Source: Akkermansiaceae bacterium
GTDB lineage: Bacteria > Verrucomicrobiota > Verrucomicrobiia > Verrucomicrobiales > Akkermansiaceae
Direction: 5' to 3'
Assembly (NCBI GenBank): GCA_051251915.1
Contig: JBPOGF010000003.1
Coordinates: 32,001 to 96,000 of the forward strand
DNA: 64,000 nt
Shown here: positions 1 to 9,984 of the stretch, piece after piece
Layout: each line of letters starts with the position of its first letter
How positions within the stretch are numbered: the stretch's first letter is position 1
The notes under the pieces: generated by a model
Told to the model about the DNA's origin: nothing
What the model saw: only the letters and a program-made list of their open reading frames with translations
Database searches by the model: none
Made by a program: the position numbers and the translations under genes

Positions 1-108
1 TGTATTTTTAAGTATGGGTTCTGGAGAAGAAACCATAATGTGATGGTGATCGATGAGAAGAATAAGTTGTCGATGGCTGACCGCTAAACGTAGAAAATAG
101 AATAGCTG

Positions 109-1623
109 ATGGAAACGATGAATGGGATAACCCAGAAAAGAATTTTTTGGGGAACCCTATTTTTGGGGTTGTTATGGGCGGGTTATAGGCTTTTTGCTAG
201 CACTGGTTATATTCTGGATGACGAGGCTACGCATTACATCAAATCTCGTAGTGCTTGGGCTAATCCGGATATTTTCTTTGATAACTGGACACGTGCTGGG
301 CGGAATTTGATTCATGCTTTGGTTGCTCCGTTTGGTCTAACAGCGACTCGGTTGTTCACGCTTTTGCTTGCTACGGTGGCGGTGATTATAACTGCGAGGT
401 CTGCGAAGCATTTGGGCTTGAAATCGATCTGGGCCATTCCTGTGTTGATGTTTTTCCAGTCTTGGTTCCCTGATTTATCTTACTCGATTCTGACGCAGAC
501 GCCATTCATGATTATTTGGATCATGGGGATCTACTTGGCGCAGAAGGATAGGTATTTTCTGGCGGCGATGTGCTTTAGTTATTTGTCATTGATCCGTCAT
601 GAGGGGATTTTGCTGACGGCTTTGTGGGGTGTATGGGTATCATGTCAGAGTGGGGGGATTCTTGATTTGATTGTGAAGAAGAGATTCCAAGGAAATCTGT
701 TGAAAGCGATAGTAAGAGATGCAATTCTGGCATTTTTCACCGTTTTGCCGATCATGATTTTCAACCTTGCTGATTTTCTCTATTTTGGCGATGCGGAGAA
801 TATTCCTTTCATGGTCTACTTTAATTCTAACCCAACTGATTATTACGGGAGTGGCGCTATTTACCATTATGCGGCGTTGCTGGTTCCGGCATTGGGGATT
901 TTTTCTTTATCGTTGTCGTTGTTCGGCGCTTATTTCATTAAGAAGGATTGGTCCAAATGGTCGTTGATTCTGTTTACTTATGTCAGTTATTTTGTGGTGC
1001 ATTCCTATCTGTTCTGGGCTGGGAAATTTGCATCTGGCGGTTACTATCATTTCTTGATGCCAATGGCGCCGTTGTTTGCACTACTTGGAGTGAAGGGCGT
1101 GGATGTGATTAGTGAGAAATGCGTCCGATATGGTAAATATGTTATTATTGCGGTAATGACCTTGGTTATTTACCAGGGGCTTAATATGATACAGCAACAG
1201 GGTATGAACCAGGACTGGGAGGGTATTGAGCATGGGACAGCTAGTTACGAAGTGTCATTTTTCAATCCAGCTATCGCACCTGAGCAACGTGGGATAAATC
1301 TTCGAGAGGCTTGTGAGTTTGTGAGTGAGATTCATGATGATGAACTGATCACTGGGAACCATCCACATATCGATATTCATTTTGGAAATCTGCACGATAA
1401 AGCAACTCTCGAGAGAGACTGGTCAGCGGTTAAAAGCTTACCCTTGGGAACTTATTTCATTTGGGACCAGAGGTTATCTGAGTTGCGTGAGATGCATTCT
1501 TTAGAGAACTTTTCAGCTGAGGAGTGGACTAGGGTGAAGGTGTGGGAGAACAGTAAGCTTGGAGAAGTGGCGGATGATCCTAGTAAAACCTATACGACGA
1601 TTATATTTCAGAAGGTGAAGTGA
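109..1623 (+). CDS. Polytopic membrane glycosyltransferase, GT-C fold (PMT/ArnT-like)
   Basis: 504-aa ORF with many hydrophobic helices. Acidic DDE motif in the first external loop (YILDDEATHY), RHEG motif, soluble C-terminal domain. Confidence 0.6.
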   Translation: METMNGITQKRIFWGTLFLGLLWAGYRLFASTGYILDDEATHYIKSRSAWANPDIFFDNWTRAGRNLIHALVAPFGLTATRLFTLLLATVAVIITARSAKHLGLKSIWAIPVLMFFQSWFPDLSYSILTQTPFMIIWIMGIYLAQKDRYFLAAMCFSYLSLIRHEGILLTALWGVWVSCQSGGILDLIVKKRFQGNLLKAIVRDAILAFFTVLPIMIFNLADFLYFGDAENIPFMVYFNSNPTDYYGSGAIYHYAALLVPALGIFSLSLSLFGAYFIKKDWSKWSLILFTYVSYFVVHSYLFWAGKFASGGYYHFLMPMAPLFALLGVKGVDVISEKCVRYGKYVIIAVMTLVIYQGLNMIQQQGMNQDWEGIEHGTASYEVSFFNPAIAPEQRGINLREACEFVSEIHDDELITGNHPHIDIHFGNLHDKATLERDWSAVKSLPLGTYFIWDQRLSELREMHSLENFSAEEWTRVKVWENSKLGEVADDPSKTYTTIIFQKVK

Positions 1624-1696
1624 GTAGGTGATTTTTGTTATTGAGTAGAAATTACGTTCTTTCTATTTAGTAAGAAAGTGTTTAGCTACGGGGCAC

Positions 1697-4087
1697 ATGC
1701 TTTATTACATTGTCCATAGTATCATCTGGGTCTTGGGAATTATCTATGGGATTATTCCTTTGCTCACGGCTCATCTTTTCGGGTCGAGTGATAAGGAGCT
1801 TTACCCGGTAGATGACCACTTCAGTATGAGAATCATGATGTTGTTGGCATTGGCAACAGTGGGCTCATTGATTTGGAGTGTGAATGTGAAACTTGTGCAT
1901 AAGACTGAGCAGAGTTTTGCGCAGAAAACGAGCTGGGCATTAGGTATCCTTGGCGCAGAACTGACCTTAATTATTCTGGGGTATCTTCAAATTGTGACTG
2001 GCTATAGTTATTTTATTTTAGGTATCTCGGTGAACGTTGTGTTCTTCTGTGTGAACTTGGGAAATCTGGAGACTAGGGATGAATTCTCTTCTATTCTGCA
2101 CCGATTATACGCTTGGTTGGTAAGTAGAGCACGGTGGAATGCGGTGTTTTATATCGCGGTGTTTTTGATTTTGATTACGCATAACATGATGCTTATTTAT
2201 AATATGAGTAATGTTGATTTCTGGCCGAAATTTAGTTTGTTTTTTAATCGGTTCTTTAATCAAGTGGCTCTCATTTCTTTGTTGTACATCGTAATTCAGA
2301 GCTCGCTCTATGTGGCGCCCAAGTGGAGTCGCTCGATAATCTGGATTATCTCATCGATCATTCCATTGCTCATTATTTCTGATTATTATACCCACACTGT
2401 CTGGAATACGAGTATCATCAGCTTGATCAATTCGACAGGAATAGAGGGGTTTCTCGATATAGAAAATGCACTTAAAGGGGGAGGGATACAAACTCCTATC
2501 TTGCAGTTGGCATTGCTCTTGGGAGGTGGGTTGTTGGTGTTGTTTATGTTAGTTTGGCTGTGTAATATTTTGTCTAAAAGGTTCAATTGTATGTTGTCTC
2601 CTAGAACGGCGGTATTTGTGGCATTATTTAGTATTATGGGTGCGACGTTGGAGCAGTCAATTGGAGGAGTGTGGAAAAATACTCGAGATCAAGTGGTAGA
2701 GGCTTCTGAGTTTGATTTCCAGGTTTCGATCGTCAAGACATCTGCTATTCTAGCTGACTTTGAGGTTGAGTTTAAAGATCATTCTGCGGTGCAGAAGGCG
2801 ACAAGTCGGGAAATGAACTTCAAGCATAAGCCTGATATTTACCTTATTTTTATTGAGTCATTTAGGGCGGATGCGTTGACGGCCGAGGTCACTCCGGAGT
2901 TGTATCAGTTTCAATCTGAGGATGCGCAGGAGCTAGAGAAGTCTTGGGCGAGCTCGAATGGGACACATGTGTCTTGGTTTGGCACATTCACGGGGCGGTT
3001 GCCGGTGTATTGGAAATCTGATAGAGAGCTAAAAGAAGCAAATCAATGGCCAGGGCTGAATGCGTTTAGAGAATTTAAGGAATCAGGCTACGAGCTTGGA
3101 GCGTATATTGCGACGGAGTTGGAATACCGAAATATGGGTTTACAGTTCTTTGGTAAGCAGGGTGATATTTTCGCTACAATCCGTGATAATAGGGAAGATG
3201 ATCTTATCTATGAGCAGCCGATTCCGGAACGAGAGCGCATGTTATTTGAAGATTTAAAGGCACGTGTTCAGACGCGAGATGCAGGCGGTCATTTTGATAT
3301 TGTGGGACTGGATTCATCTCATTTTTATTATTCTTGGCATGAGGACTTTGAGCCACCATTCAATCCGTATTATACGTTTCCCTATTATTTACCAGCTAAC
3401 CCAGATGCAGCACAAATAAAGCTGGTAACGAATAAGTATCACAATTCGTTGGCTTGGTGTGATCACATTGTAGGGGATTTCCTGTCGTTTCTGAAGGAGG
3501 AGGGGAAGTACGATGATTCTATCGTGATTGTGCTGGGTGATCATGGTGAGGAGCTGCAGGATCATGGTGGGTGGTTGCATGTTTCTTCACTCGAGGAAGA
3601 GCAGATAAGGGTGCCGTTACTAATCAAGTGGCCTAAATCTTATGGAAGAGGAGTAGCGCAAGGGACTGCGAGCCAGCTGGACATCTTGCCTAGTCTCTTA
3701 GACTATTTAACAGATGGAGAGAGTAAACATTTACTTGATTTGGACTTTCCTGGGAACTCATTGTTGGAGAGTAATGATCAAACTATCATCGCTTATACTG
3801 GTATGGGTGGTAAGACGAAGGATGCACTTGTTTTTACTAGAGATGGCTACAAGGCGTATTTCTCATGGCTGGATTATTGGAACTGGAGGACATCAAATAA
3901 GATTAGTCTCACTCAGTTCTATGGGCCAGAAGGTAGGATTAGATTGGGATCAGATGAAGCGTATTTAGCGAAGCTGAAAGAGGTGTTCCCTGATGTCAAG
4001 GATCGGGTATTTGAGAGATTTGGTACACTTATGACAGACTGGGAGAGAGTAGATGAGTTGCCTGTTGAAGAGGTGGTTGAGCAATAA
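1697..4087 (+). CDS. Membrane-anchored alkaline phosphatase/sulfatase-superfamily protein (LTA synthase/YejM-like)
   Basis: N-terminal multi-TM region, then PDIYLIFIESFRAD, SSNGTH, LGDHGEE, RVPLLI and SQLDILPSLL motifs. No CxPxR sulfatase motif. Confidence 0.7.
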   Translation: MLYYIVHSIIWVLGIIYGIIPLLTAHLFGSSDKELYPVDDHFSMRIMMLLALATVGSLIWSVNVKLVHKTEQSFAQKTSWALGILGAELTLIILGYLQIVTGYSYFILGISVNVVFFCVNLGNLETRDEFSSILHRLYAWLVSRARWNAVFYIAVFLILITHNMMLIYNMSNVDFWPKFSLFFNRFFNQVALISLLYIVIQSSLYVAPKWSRSIIWIISSIIPLLIISDYYTHTVWNTSIISLINSTGIEGFLDIENALKGGGIQTPILQLALLLGGGLLVLFMLVWLCNILSKRFNCMLSPRTAVFVALFSIMGATLEQSIGGVWKNTRDQVVEASEFDFQVSIVKTSAILADFEVEFKDHSAVQKATSREMNFKHKPDIYLIFIESFRADALTAEVTPELYQFQSEDAQELEKSWASSNGTHVSWFGTFTGRLPVYWKSDRELKEANQWPGLNAFREFKESGYELGAYIATELEYRNMGLQFFGKQGDIFATIRDNREDDLIYEQPIPERERMLFEDLKARVQTRDAGGHFDIVGLDSSHFYYSWHEDFEPPFNPYYTFPYYLPANPDAAQIKLVTNKYHNSLAWCDHIVGDFLSFLKEEGKYDDSIVIVLGDHGEELQDHGGWLHVSSLEEEQIRVPLLIKWPKSYGRGVAQGTASQLDILPSLLDYLTDGESKHLLDLDFPGNSLLESNDQTIIAYTGMGGKTKDALVFTRDGYKAYFSWLDYWNWRTSNKISLTQFYGPEGRIRLGSDEAYLAKLKEVFPDVKDRVFERFGTLMTDWERVDELPVEEVVEQ

Positions 4088-4118
4088 AAAACGCAATCAG
4101 CTGAATGCTGATTGCGTT
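4085..4118 (-). terminator. Intrinsic terminator between convergent genes
   Basis: Perfect 12-bp inverted repeat AACGCAATCAGC-tgaat-GCTGATTGCGTT (4090-4118) with an A-run on the left, i.e. a U-tract on the minus strand. Confidence 0.75.
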
Positions 4119-4145
4119 AGGAAATTGATTAAAATTGGGTGTGGG

Positions 4146-4466
4146 TTAGCCTCCGATTTCAGTGCGGCCTGAGAGTGATGCTCCTTCGTCCATGCTGAGC
4201 ATCTTAGTTTTGATGTCTCCTTCTAGTTTACTGTGTGGTTTTAGCTCACAACGGTCAGATGTGATAGTTCCTTCCACGTTACCGAAGAGCTTCACTTCAC
4301 CAGCGATGATATCTCCCTTGATAGTAGCATTTTCGCCGATGGTGACGTGTCCTCCATCTGATCTGATTTCACCTTCGATTTTACCATCAATGATCATGTC
4401 GTTAGAGAACTTGATAGTTCCTACGATCTCAATCCCACTTGCGAGAACATTAGTTGCATTAGCCAT
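4146..4466 (-). CDS. Bactofilin (polymer-forming cytoskeletal protein, CcmA family)
   Basis: Beta-helical pattern IVGTIKFSNDMIIDGKIEGEI...VTIGENATIKGDIIAGEV...GASLSG. Probable ATG start at 4466 (MANATNV). Confidence 0.9.
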   Translation of the reverse strand: MANATNVLASGIEIVGTIKFSNDMIIDGKIEGEIRSDGGHVTIGENATIKGDIIAGEVKLFGNVEGTITSDRCELKPHSKLEGDIKTKMLSMDEGASLSGRTEIGG

Positions 4467-4651
4467 ATGACACGGAATACTGCATGTTTTACCTATGAAA
4501 GCAATCAAATTTTAAAAAATTAGGGTGCAATATTTAATTCGAAGGAGCGATTTAAAATAATAGGTGATGAAGTTCATATTTTATGATAAGGATATAATAA
4601 CCAATTATTAATTATGTGCTGTTGGTATGCACAGAAACAAACACCATAAAA

Positions 4652-5392
4652 ATGAAAAAATTAATCACAAATTTAATAGTCATGTCTGCTACGGCATTTT
4701 CTCTTTCATCCTGTGGCGATGATAGCAAAAAAGATTCTGAAGGCTCAGGGGGAAGCAGTTCATCTACGCTGTCCGTAGAATCCAAGTTCGATGATTTAGG
4801 TCCAGATCTTCAGTCTGTATTATCAGCTGATGAGGTGAAGTCTATTTTAGATGTAAAAGATGAGATCAAGACGAAAGCACTTGATCATAAATCTTATGGT
4901 AATGTCAGCTACAGTTGGCCGTCTGATAGAACTGAGGAGCTTAAAGTAGGTGGTAATTCAATGGTCATGAAGAAGAATAACATGGTGAGGCTTGTTATTC
5001 CGAAGGAGTTAGAACTCTATGGCATGACTGATCACTTATCTGCTTTCAATCATCAGTATAAAGAAATTACACCAGAGCAGATGGAGAAAGCTAAAAATAT
5101 GATGGCTGATATCAAAGCACGTAAAGAAAAAGAGGCTGGGCTCACTCCGAGCGAGACGGAGAAAAAGGTGTCTGGCTCGCTAATGAATGGCATAGCGGGG
5201 GCTGCATTGAAGCTAGAGTATGAAGCTGTGAGTGGTCTGGGTGATGCAGCTAAGTGGGAGAAATCTGGGAAGAATCTTATCATCTTAGATGGCGATAAAA
5301 TAGTGACAATTCTTTGCGATATAAATGATGAGAATGATGTCTGCCGAGATTCAGCAATAAAAATTGCAAAGCAGGTCTATAGTAATCTTTAA
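4652..5392 (+). CDS. Hypothetical lipoprotein
   Basis: MKK + hydrophobic stretch + lipobox FSLSS-C, then a Ser/Gly linker. ATG at 4652. Confidence 0.7.
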   Translation: MKKLITNLIVMSATAFSLSSCGDDSKKDSEGSGGSSSSTLSVESKFDDLGPDLQSVLSADEVKSILDVKDEIKTKALDHKSYGNVSYSWPSDRTEELKVGGNSMVMKKNNMVRLVIPKELELYGMTDHLSAFNHQYKEITPEQMEKAKNMMADIKARKEKEAGLTPSETEKKVSGSLMNGIAGAALKLEYEAVSGLGDAAKWEKSGKNLIILDGDKIVTILCDINDENDVCRDSAIKIAKQVYSNL

Positions 5393-5413
5393 GGTCTGCC
5401 TACGGTAAATGGT

Positions 5414-5851
5414 CTACTTTCCAGGCTGACACCAGCGATCTCGCCATTCTTTTGGTAATCGCTGGGGTCTACTTGGCTTGTCGCCTTTTCCCATTTGCAC
5501 CATAGCGAGTGATTGGCGGCAGGTAATAAGGCATTTTTCTACTCCTTCAGCGTAGATCTCGAAAGCACACCAAAATTTTACTTTTTCTACAGAATCTAGC
5601 CTGCCTTTGATGGTGAGTTTGTGCCCGAGAGTGGCAGGCGATCGGTAGTCAACCTCAGTGCGAAGCACTACTGGGAAGAGGCCGGAGTCTGCCATGTGCT
5701 TGAGATTAAGACCTAATTTCTCTGTCGCAAGCTTGGTGCGGCAGGTTTCAATCATGCGTAGGTATGCGAGGTTATGTACGACACCCCCAATATCTGTGTC
5801 GAAAAACATCACTTCTTCTTGTGTTGTGAAACTGGGCAATTCTGAATTCAT
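5414..5851 (-). CDS. Acyl-CoA thioesterase, 4HBT/YbgC family (hotdog fold)
   Basis: VMFFDTDIGGVVHNLAYLRMIETCR and VDYRSPATLG motifs. Probable ATG at 5851. Confidence 0.85.
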   Translation of the reverse strand: MNSELPSFTTQEEVMFFDTDIGGVVHNLAYLRMIETCRTKLATEKLGLNLKHMADSGLFPVVLRTEVDYRSPATLGHKLTIKGRLDSVEKVKFWCAFEIYAEGVEKCLITCRQSLAMVQMGKGDKPSRPQRLPKEWRDRWCQPGK

Positions 5852-5968
5852 AGCGGGATGATACTTGGTCGGATAAAAATTTAAAGCATGGATCTTGCTG
5901 TGGTGCAGACTTCCGTGTAGGGTATTGGTAAAGAATACGTAAAAACCCACGTAAACTAAAATAAGATT

Positions 5969-7801
5969 ATGAAGTATACTTTATTAGCCGCCACATTTTC
6001 TATAGCTTGTAATGGCATGGTTTACGCTGAGGAGAACTATGTTGCTCCGAAAGCTAACAAAATCATGTTCCATGTGGACAAGTTACCTCTGGATAAGGGA
6101 ATGCGTGAGAAATTATCGGCTAATCTTATTGTTTTAGCGAAACGTGAGCATGATGGCACTGCTCGTGAGCATAGGCTTACGGCACAGATCTTGATGCTGG
6201 CGATGAGGATAGACCGTGATAACAAGTCGGCCTATGAGCTGAATAAGAGCTTGATAGATGGCAAGAAGTTGCCTGTTTCTGATGTTAAAGCGAAAGTTCA
6301 AGCTTTGGACAAATTGAGATACTCGATCAATCACCTGTCTAAAACTGATCGTCTCAGTGAGGCTAGGGTGTTGGAGGTCTATTTGAAGGATATCCTTATA
6401 GGGCTTGATCAGAACAACCCACTAACAGCTACGCATAAAGAAAATCAACATCGATGGTCTGGGATTGTTCCTGCTTATGTTAGAAACAGCAATGATATAA
6501 ATAGACCAGATGTGCGTCAAGAGCCAGAGCCGACTGTGGAGCAACCAGAAGTGACTAACACTGGAGAAGCAATGGCAAACACGCCAGACATAGTGGATAG
6601 TGTAGGAGGTAATGAAGAGGCGGGCAATAATCTGGAATTAGCTCCAGAAGTAAAGAAGACAGAATTCACCAAATGGAATAAGCACATTAGTTCAATATCA
6701 ACACCCTTGATATTAGTAGATAAGGTAGATGGCTATGATAAGTACAGGACTGAAATGGTGGCGTTGGAAACTCTGATTTCTCCTAGAGTAAAACTTGAAT
6801 CTGATCTAAGTCTTGAGATGAAGCCATGGATCGATGGTGATAAATTAGGAACATTTAGGAATCGATTAAAGCCTATGATAAAAGCTCAATTTGGTGAGTT
6901 TGAATCGCTCAAAGTGGAGGTCACGACTAAGGGGTATCTCAGTACTAAAAACCAACAAACCATTTTGCTGCCGTTATGCCTGCAACTGATGGCATCTGAA
7001 CAGAGTATAGAAGTCAGCAAAGGGATGGCGGTGCTAGGTAAACTAGATGGAGAAAACATTACTCGTCAGTCAGATTTCTGGCATCTTCTTAAGATATTTC
7101 GCAAAAACAAATCTGCGAAGCAGCGGCTTCTTGTTCCATACAGTGCGGAGCCAGATCTAAAGCAGCTAGTGGCCCTAGAAGAGGAAGATTTCTTTGTTAA
7201 CTATGAAGTGATCCTCGTTTCTAAGGTAGATGGGGCTGTGGATAATTTAGGCTTAAGTAAGAATACGAATATTAGTGAGGCATCTGAAGAATTTTCTAAA
7301 ATTCAAGATATGATTGGTAGCAAATCAGTTGGGCCATTTGCAGTAAATAAGAAAGTGCGTGCTAAGTTGGAGTCGATTTTGAGCAAGAATCCCAATCATC
7401 TTTCAGCAAAAATGATTTTGCTCAGGGGGGATGTTGGGAGGTCCAAAAAGCTAGACACCTATTTTGTAGCGGTTGAGTTTTCTAAGATTATGACTGAGAT
7501 ATCTTATCTTTTTGACAATAAAGAGCCTCATATAGATAGTAATTCTATCATGGCTAAAGCCAAGAAAATGAATACTTTAGTGGAAGAACTTGAGCAATTC
7601 ATTGATGCAGATGATCGAGAACTTGCGGGATATCTGACAGATATGGTTGATTACCTTGAAACTATTAGTCGGACTAAAGAAAAGCGAGAATCGATTGCAG
7701 TTCAGAGAACTTTGGCAGCTGCGTTGAATGATTTTAAGCTCAAATATAAGGAGGCTAAAGCCCGTTTTGATGAGATTTTGAGCAAGCCTCCGACTATTTA
7801 A
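5969..7801 (+). CDS. Secreted hypothetical protein with degenerate Lon-protease (S16) C-terminal-like domain
   Basis: Signal peptide. Segment LPLCLQLMAS...GMAVLGKLDG...LLVPYSAEPDL...YEVILVSKVDGAV follows the Lon_C pattern but lacks the catalytic motifs. Confidence 0.5.
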   Translation: MKYTLLAATFSIACNGMVYAEENYVAPKANKIMFHVDKLPLDKGMREKLSANLIVLAKREHDGTAREHRLTAQILMLAMRIDRDNKSAYELNKSLIDGKKLPVSDVKAKVQALDKLRYSINHLSKTDRLSEARVLEVYLKDILIGLDQNNPLTATHKENQHRWSGIVPAYVRNSNDINRPDVRQEPEPTVEQPEVTNTGEAMANTPDIVDSVGGNEEAGNNLELAPEVKKTEFTKWNKHISSISTPLILVDKVDGYDKYRTEMVALETLISPRVKLESDLSLEMKPWIDGDKLGTFRNRLKPMIKAQFGEFESLKVEVTTKGYLSTKNQQTILLPLCLQLMASEQSIEVSKGMAVLGKLDGENITRQSDFWHLLKIFRKNKSAKQRLLVPYSAEPDLKQLVALEEEDFFVNYEVILVSKVDGAVDNLGLSKNTNISEASEEFSKIQDMIGSKSVGPFAVNKKVRAKLESILSKNPNHLSAKMILLRGDVGRSKKLDTYFVAVEFSKIMTEISYLFDNKEPHIDSNSIMAKAKKMNTLVEELEQFIDADDRELAGYLTDMVDYLETISRTKEKRESIAVQRTLAAALNDFKLKYKEAKARFDEILSKPPTI

Positions 7802-8035
7802 CCCGGATAGGCTCAGTTGTTTTCGGTTGCCACTATCCAATTAAGGGTCACCTGAATTTTTTAAAATATAGTGTAATTATGCTTCATTTTAGGCGGATGT
7901 CGTATCATTTTTATTGAAATAACTATTGCATTAACCTTCAATTTTGCCAAACTAACCCCCAGAATTACAAAAATTATCATAGAACCAAGACATTCCCCTA
8001 AGTAATACGTTCAAAAGTTTTTTATAAATTAAGCC

Positions 8036-9604
8036 ATGAAACCTCTCTTTATCCTTTTCGCATTTGCCGCTATAGTAGCATTTGGGGTTACCTGTGTAAC
8101 TTCTATGTTCAAGGATTATATTGAGGATCACATAGCTGCTAAGACCAGGGCTGAGATAGATAAAAGCGAGAACTATACTGTTGTTGAGCAAATAAGCACA
8201 GATCATTTCCACGTAAAAGAGGTGAAGGTTCGGTCTCAGCGACCAGTTGCTATGGAAGAAGCTGATCTGGTTAAGAAAGAAATTATTGGTATGATTGACC
8301 CATTGTTAGGGGTTTATGCACAAGACTGTGAGGTCATTTTGGTAAATACAGATTTGAAGAATGCTGCTGATCAGATAGACGGTCCAGGTGAGGAACTTGC
8401 CGAGATTCCTAAAGATGGACCACCGCCGCCTAGTGAAACTCTAGATCTAACAATAGAGAAAGAACCTGCGAGCTTCTCAGTTCTATGGAACGAGAAAGAA
8501 AATGAACTTCTTTTCAAAGGTAAACAAACCAATAAACATGCAGGAGCTGAGTTAAGAAAGTTTTTTAAGGAAGCTAAAAAAGACCCTAATATACGGTCTG
8601 AAATAAAAATCGATACTAAGAAAGTAGCCAATTCACAATATCTTAAGAGGTCATTGAGAGAAATCCGATTACTAATTATAAACTCTCAAGGCGATCTGCG
8701 AATTGATTTTCAGGATGCACTCAAAACAGAGGAAGGTCAGAAAAAAGGATTTTTGAAATTTGTCGGAACTACGGGAACGCTCGAGCTGTATAATGTTCTT
8801 TCATCAAGTATTAAGAACCTTGAGAGTGACGATTTCGAAGTGCAAAATCAATTGGTATTTTACCCATATGTATCCATCAAAAAGGATGCAATGAAAGAGA
8901 AAATAATTCTGACTGGATGTGTGAAAGATAAGATGGAGCAATCGATGTTGGGATCAAATGCAGGTAGGGATGTGGCGAATAATTTCAGCACAGACAACCA
9001 ACTAATTGCTCATGATCGTTGCTTAGACATAATATGGCATGACGAGTATGCAGAAACACTCATCGCTAAGCACATGAATAAGGTGGCAGATGGCGAGATC
9101 ATTTATCGTAACAATAAACTCTTCTCACTGAGTGGAGTTTCTCATGACAAAGACTATGTCAATGAGGTGATGAATGCATATAGTGATATCGTGAATAAAC
9201 TGACCTACGAAGATCCTCCAAGAAAGCAAATAAACCTAGTAGAGCCTGATCCGGTCAGACCAGAAACTCTTGCAGAGCAGTTAGATGATTATAAAATTTA
9301 TTTTGAAAGTGGAAAATCTCAGGTTGATCCACGTTACAATACTCAATTAGAGGAAGTAACAAAAAAGATAAGAGAAAATGCTGATAAGGAATCTCAAATA
9401 GTAGTAGGTGGATATGCGGACACAAGCGGGTCTGCGGCGCAGAATAAGATACTTAGTCTCAAAAGAGCACGGGCAGTGATGGTTATTCTTGTAGGTAATG
9501 GTGTGGATGAAGACAGGATCCAGGTAGCATTTTTCGGAGCGGAGTCTGATGGTAAGACAAAGGCAGAAAGCCGTAGAGTAGAAATAAAAGTTAGAAAGAA
9601 ATAA
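8036..9604 (+). CDS. OmpA-like peptidoglycan-binding protein with degenerate BON-like domains
   Basis: N-terminal TM/signal. C-terminal IYFESGKS...GYADTSGSAAQNKILSLKRA...RRVEI. Central IILTGCV...TDNQL and EVQNQL BON-like segments. Confidence 0.8.
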   Translation: MKPLFILFAFAAIVAFGVTCVTSMFKDYIEDHIAAKTRAEIDKSENYTVVEQISTDHFHVKEVKVRSQRPVAMEEADLVKKEIIGMIDPLLGVYAQDCEVILVNTDLKNAADQIDGPGEELAEIPKDGPPPPSETLDLTIEKEPASFSVLWNEKENELLFKGKQTNKHAGAELRKFFKEAKKDPNIRSEIKIDTKKVANSQYLKRSLREIRLLIINSQGDLRIDFQDALKTEEGQKKGFLKFVGTTGTLELYNVLSSSIKNLESDDFEVQNQLVFYPYVSIKKDAMKEKIILTGCVKDKMEQSMLGSNAGRDVANNFSTDNQLIAHDRCLDIIWHDEYAETLIAKHMNKVADGEIIYRNNKLFSLSGVSHDKDYVNEVMNAYSDIVNKLTYEDPPRKQINLVEPDPVRPETLAEQLDDYKIYFESGKSQVDPRYNTQLEEVTKKIRENADKESQIVVGGYADTSGSAAQNKILSLKRARAVMVILVGNGVDEDRIQVAFFGAESDGKTKAESRRVEIKVRKK

Positions 9605-9606
9605 TT

Positions 9607-9897
9607 ATGATCGCATTTTTTACATACAACGACGTAAGCAAATATTTTCAGCAGAACCTCATCGCTGGAGTGATCCTGGTAGGTTTTATCTTTTTCATAC
9701 TGGGCTGGATTATTAGCAGATTAATGCGCCCTTCTACCTACATGATTGAGGAAGAAATTCATAATATTAAGAAGCATATTATATCAGATTTGAATACTTC
9801 AAAGAAATTTAATGCCGACTATCAGTTACTTGCTAAGAAAGAAAAGTATAAAGAAGCAAAAGAGCAAGAAGCGCAAAAGAAGGAAGTAGCATCATAA
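9607..9897 (+). CDS. Small single-pass membrane protein
   Basis: 96 aa, starts 2 nt after the upstream stop. TM LIAGVILVGFIFFILGWII and a charged helical tail. Confidence 0.7.
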   Translation: MIAFFTYNDVSKYFQQNLIAGVILVGFIFFILGWIISRLMRPSTYMIEEEIHNIKKHIISDLNTSKKFNADYQLLAKKEKYKEAKEQEAQKKEVAS

Positions 9898-9984
9898 TTT
9901 CTTTGTTTAATAGTAAAGAAGTTCATACCCTCAAAAATTAACAAATCCCCCTTAAATATAATACCCCCATTTATCACCACTATC

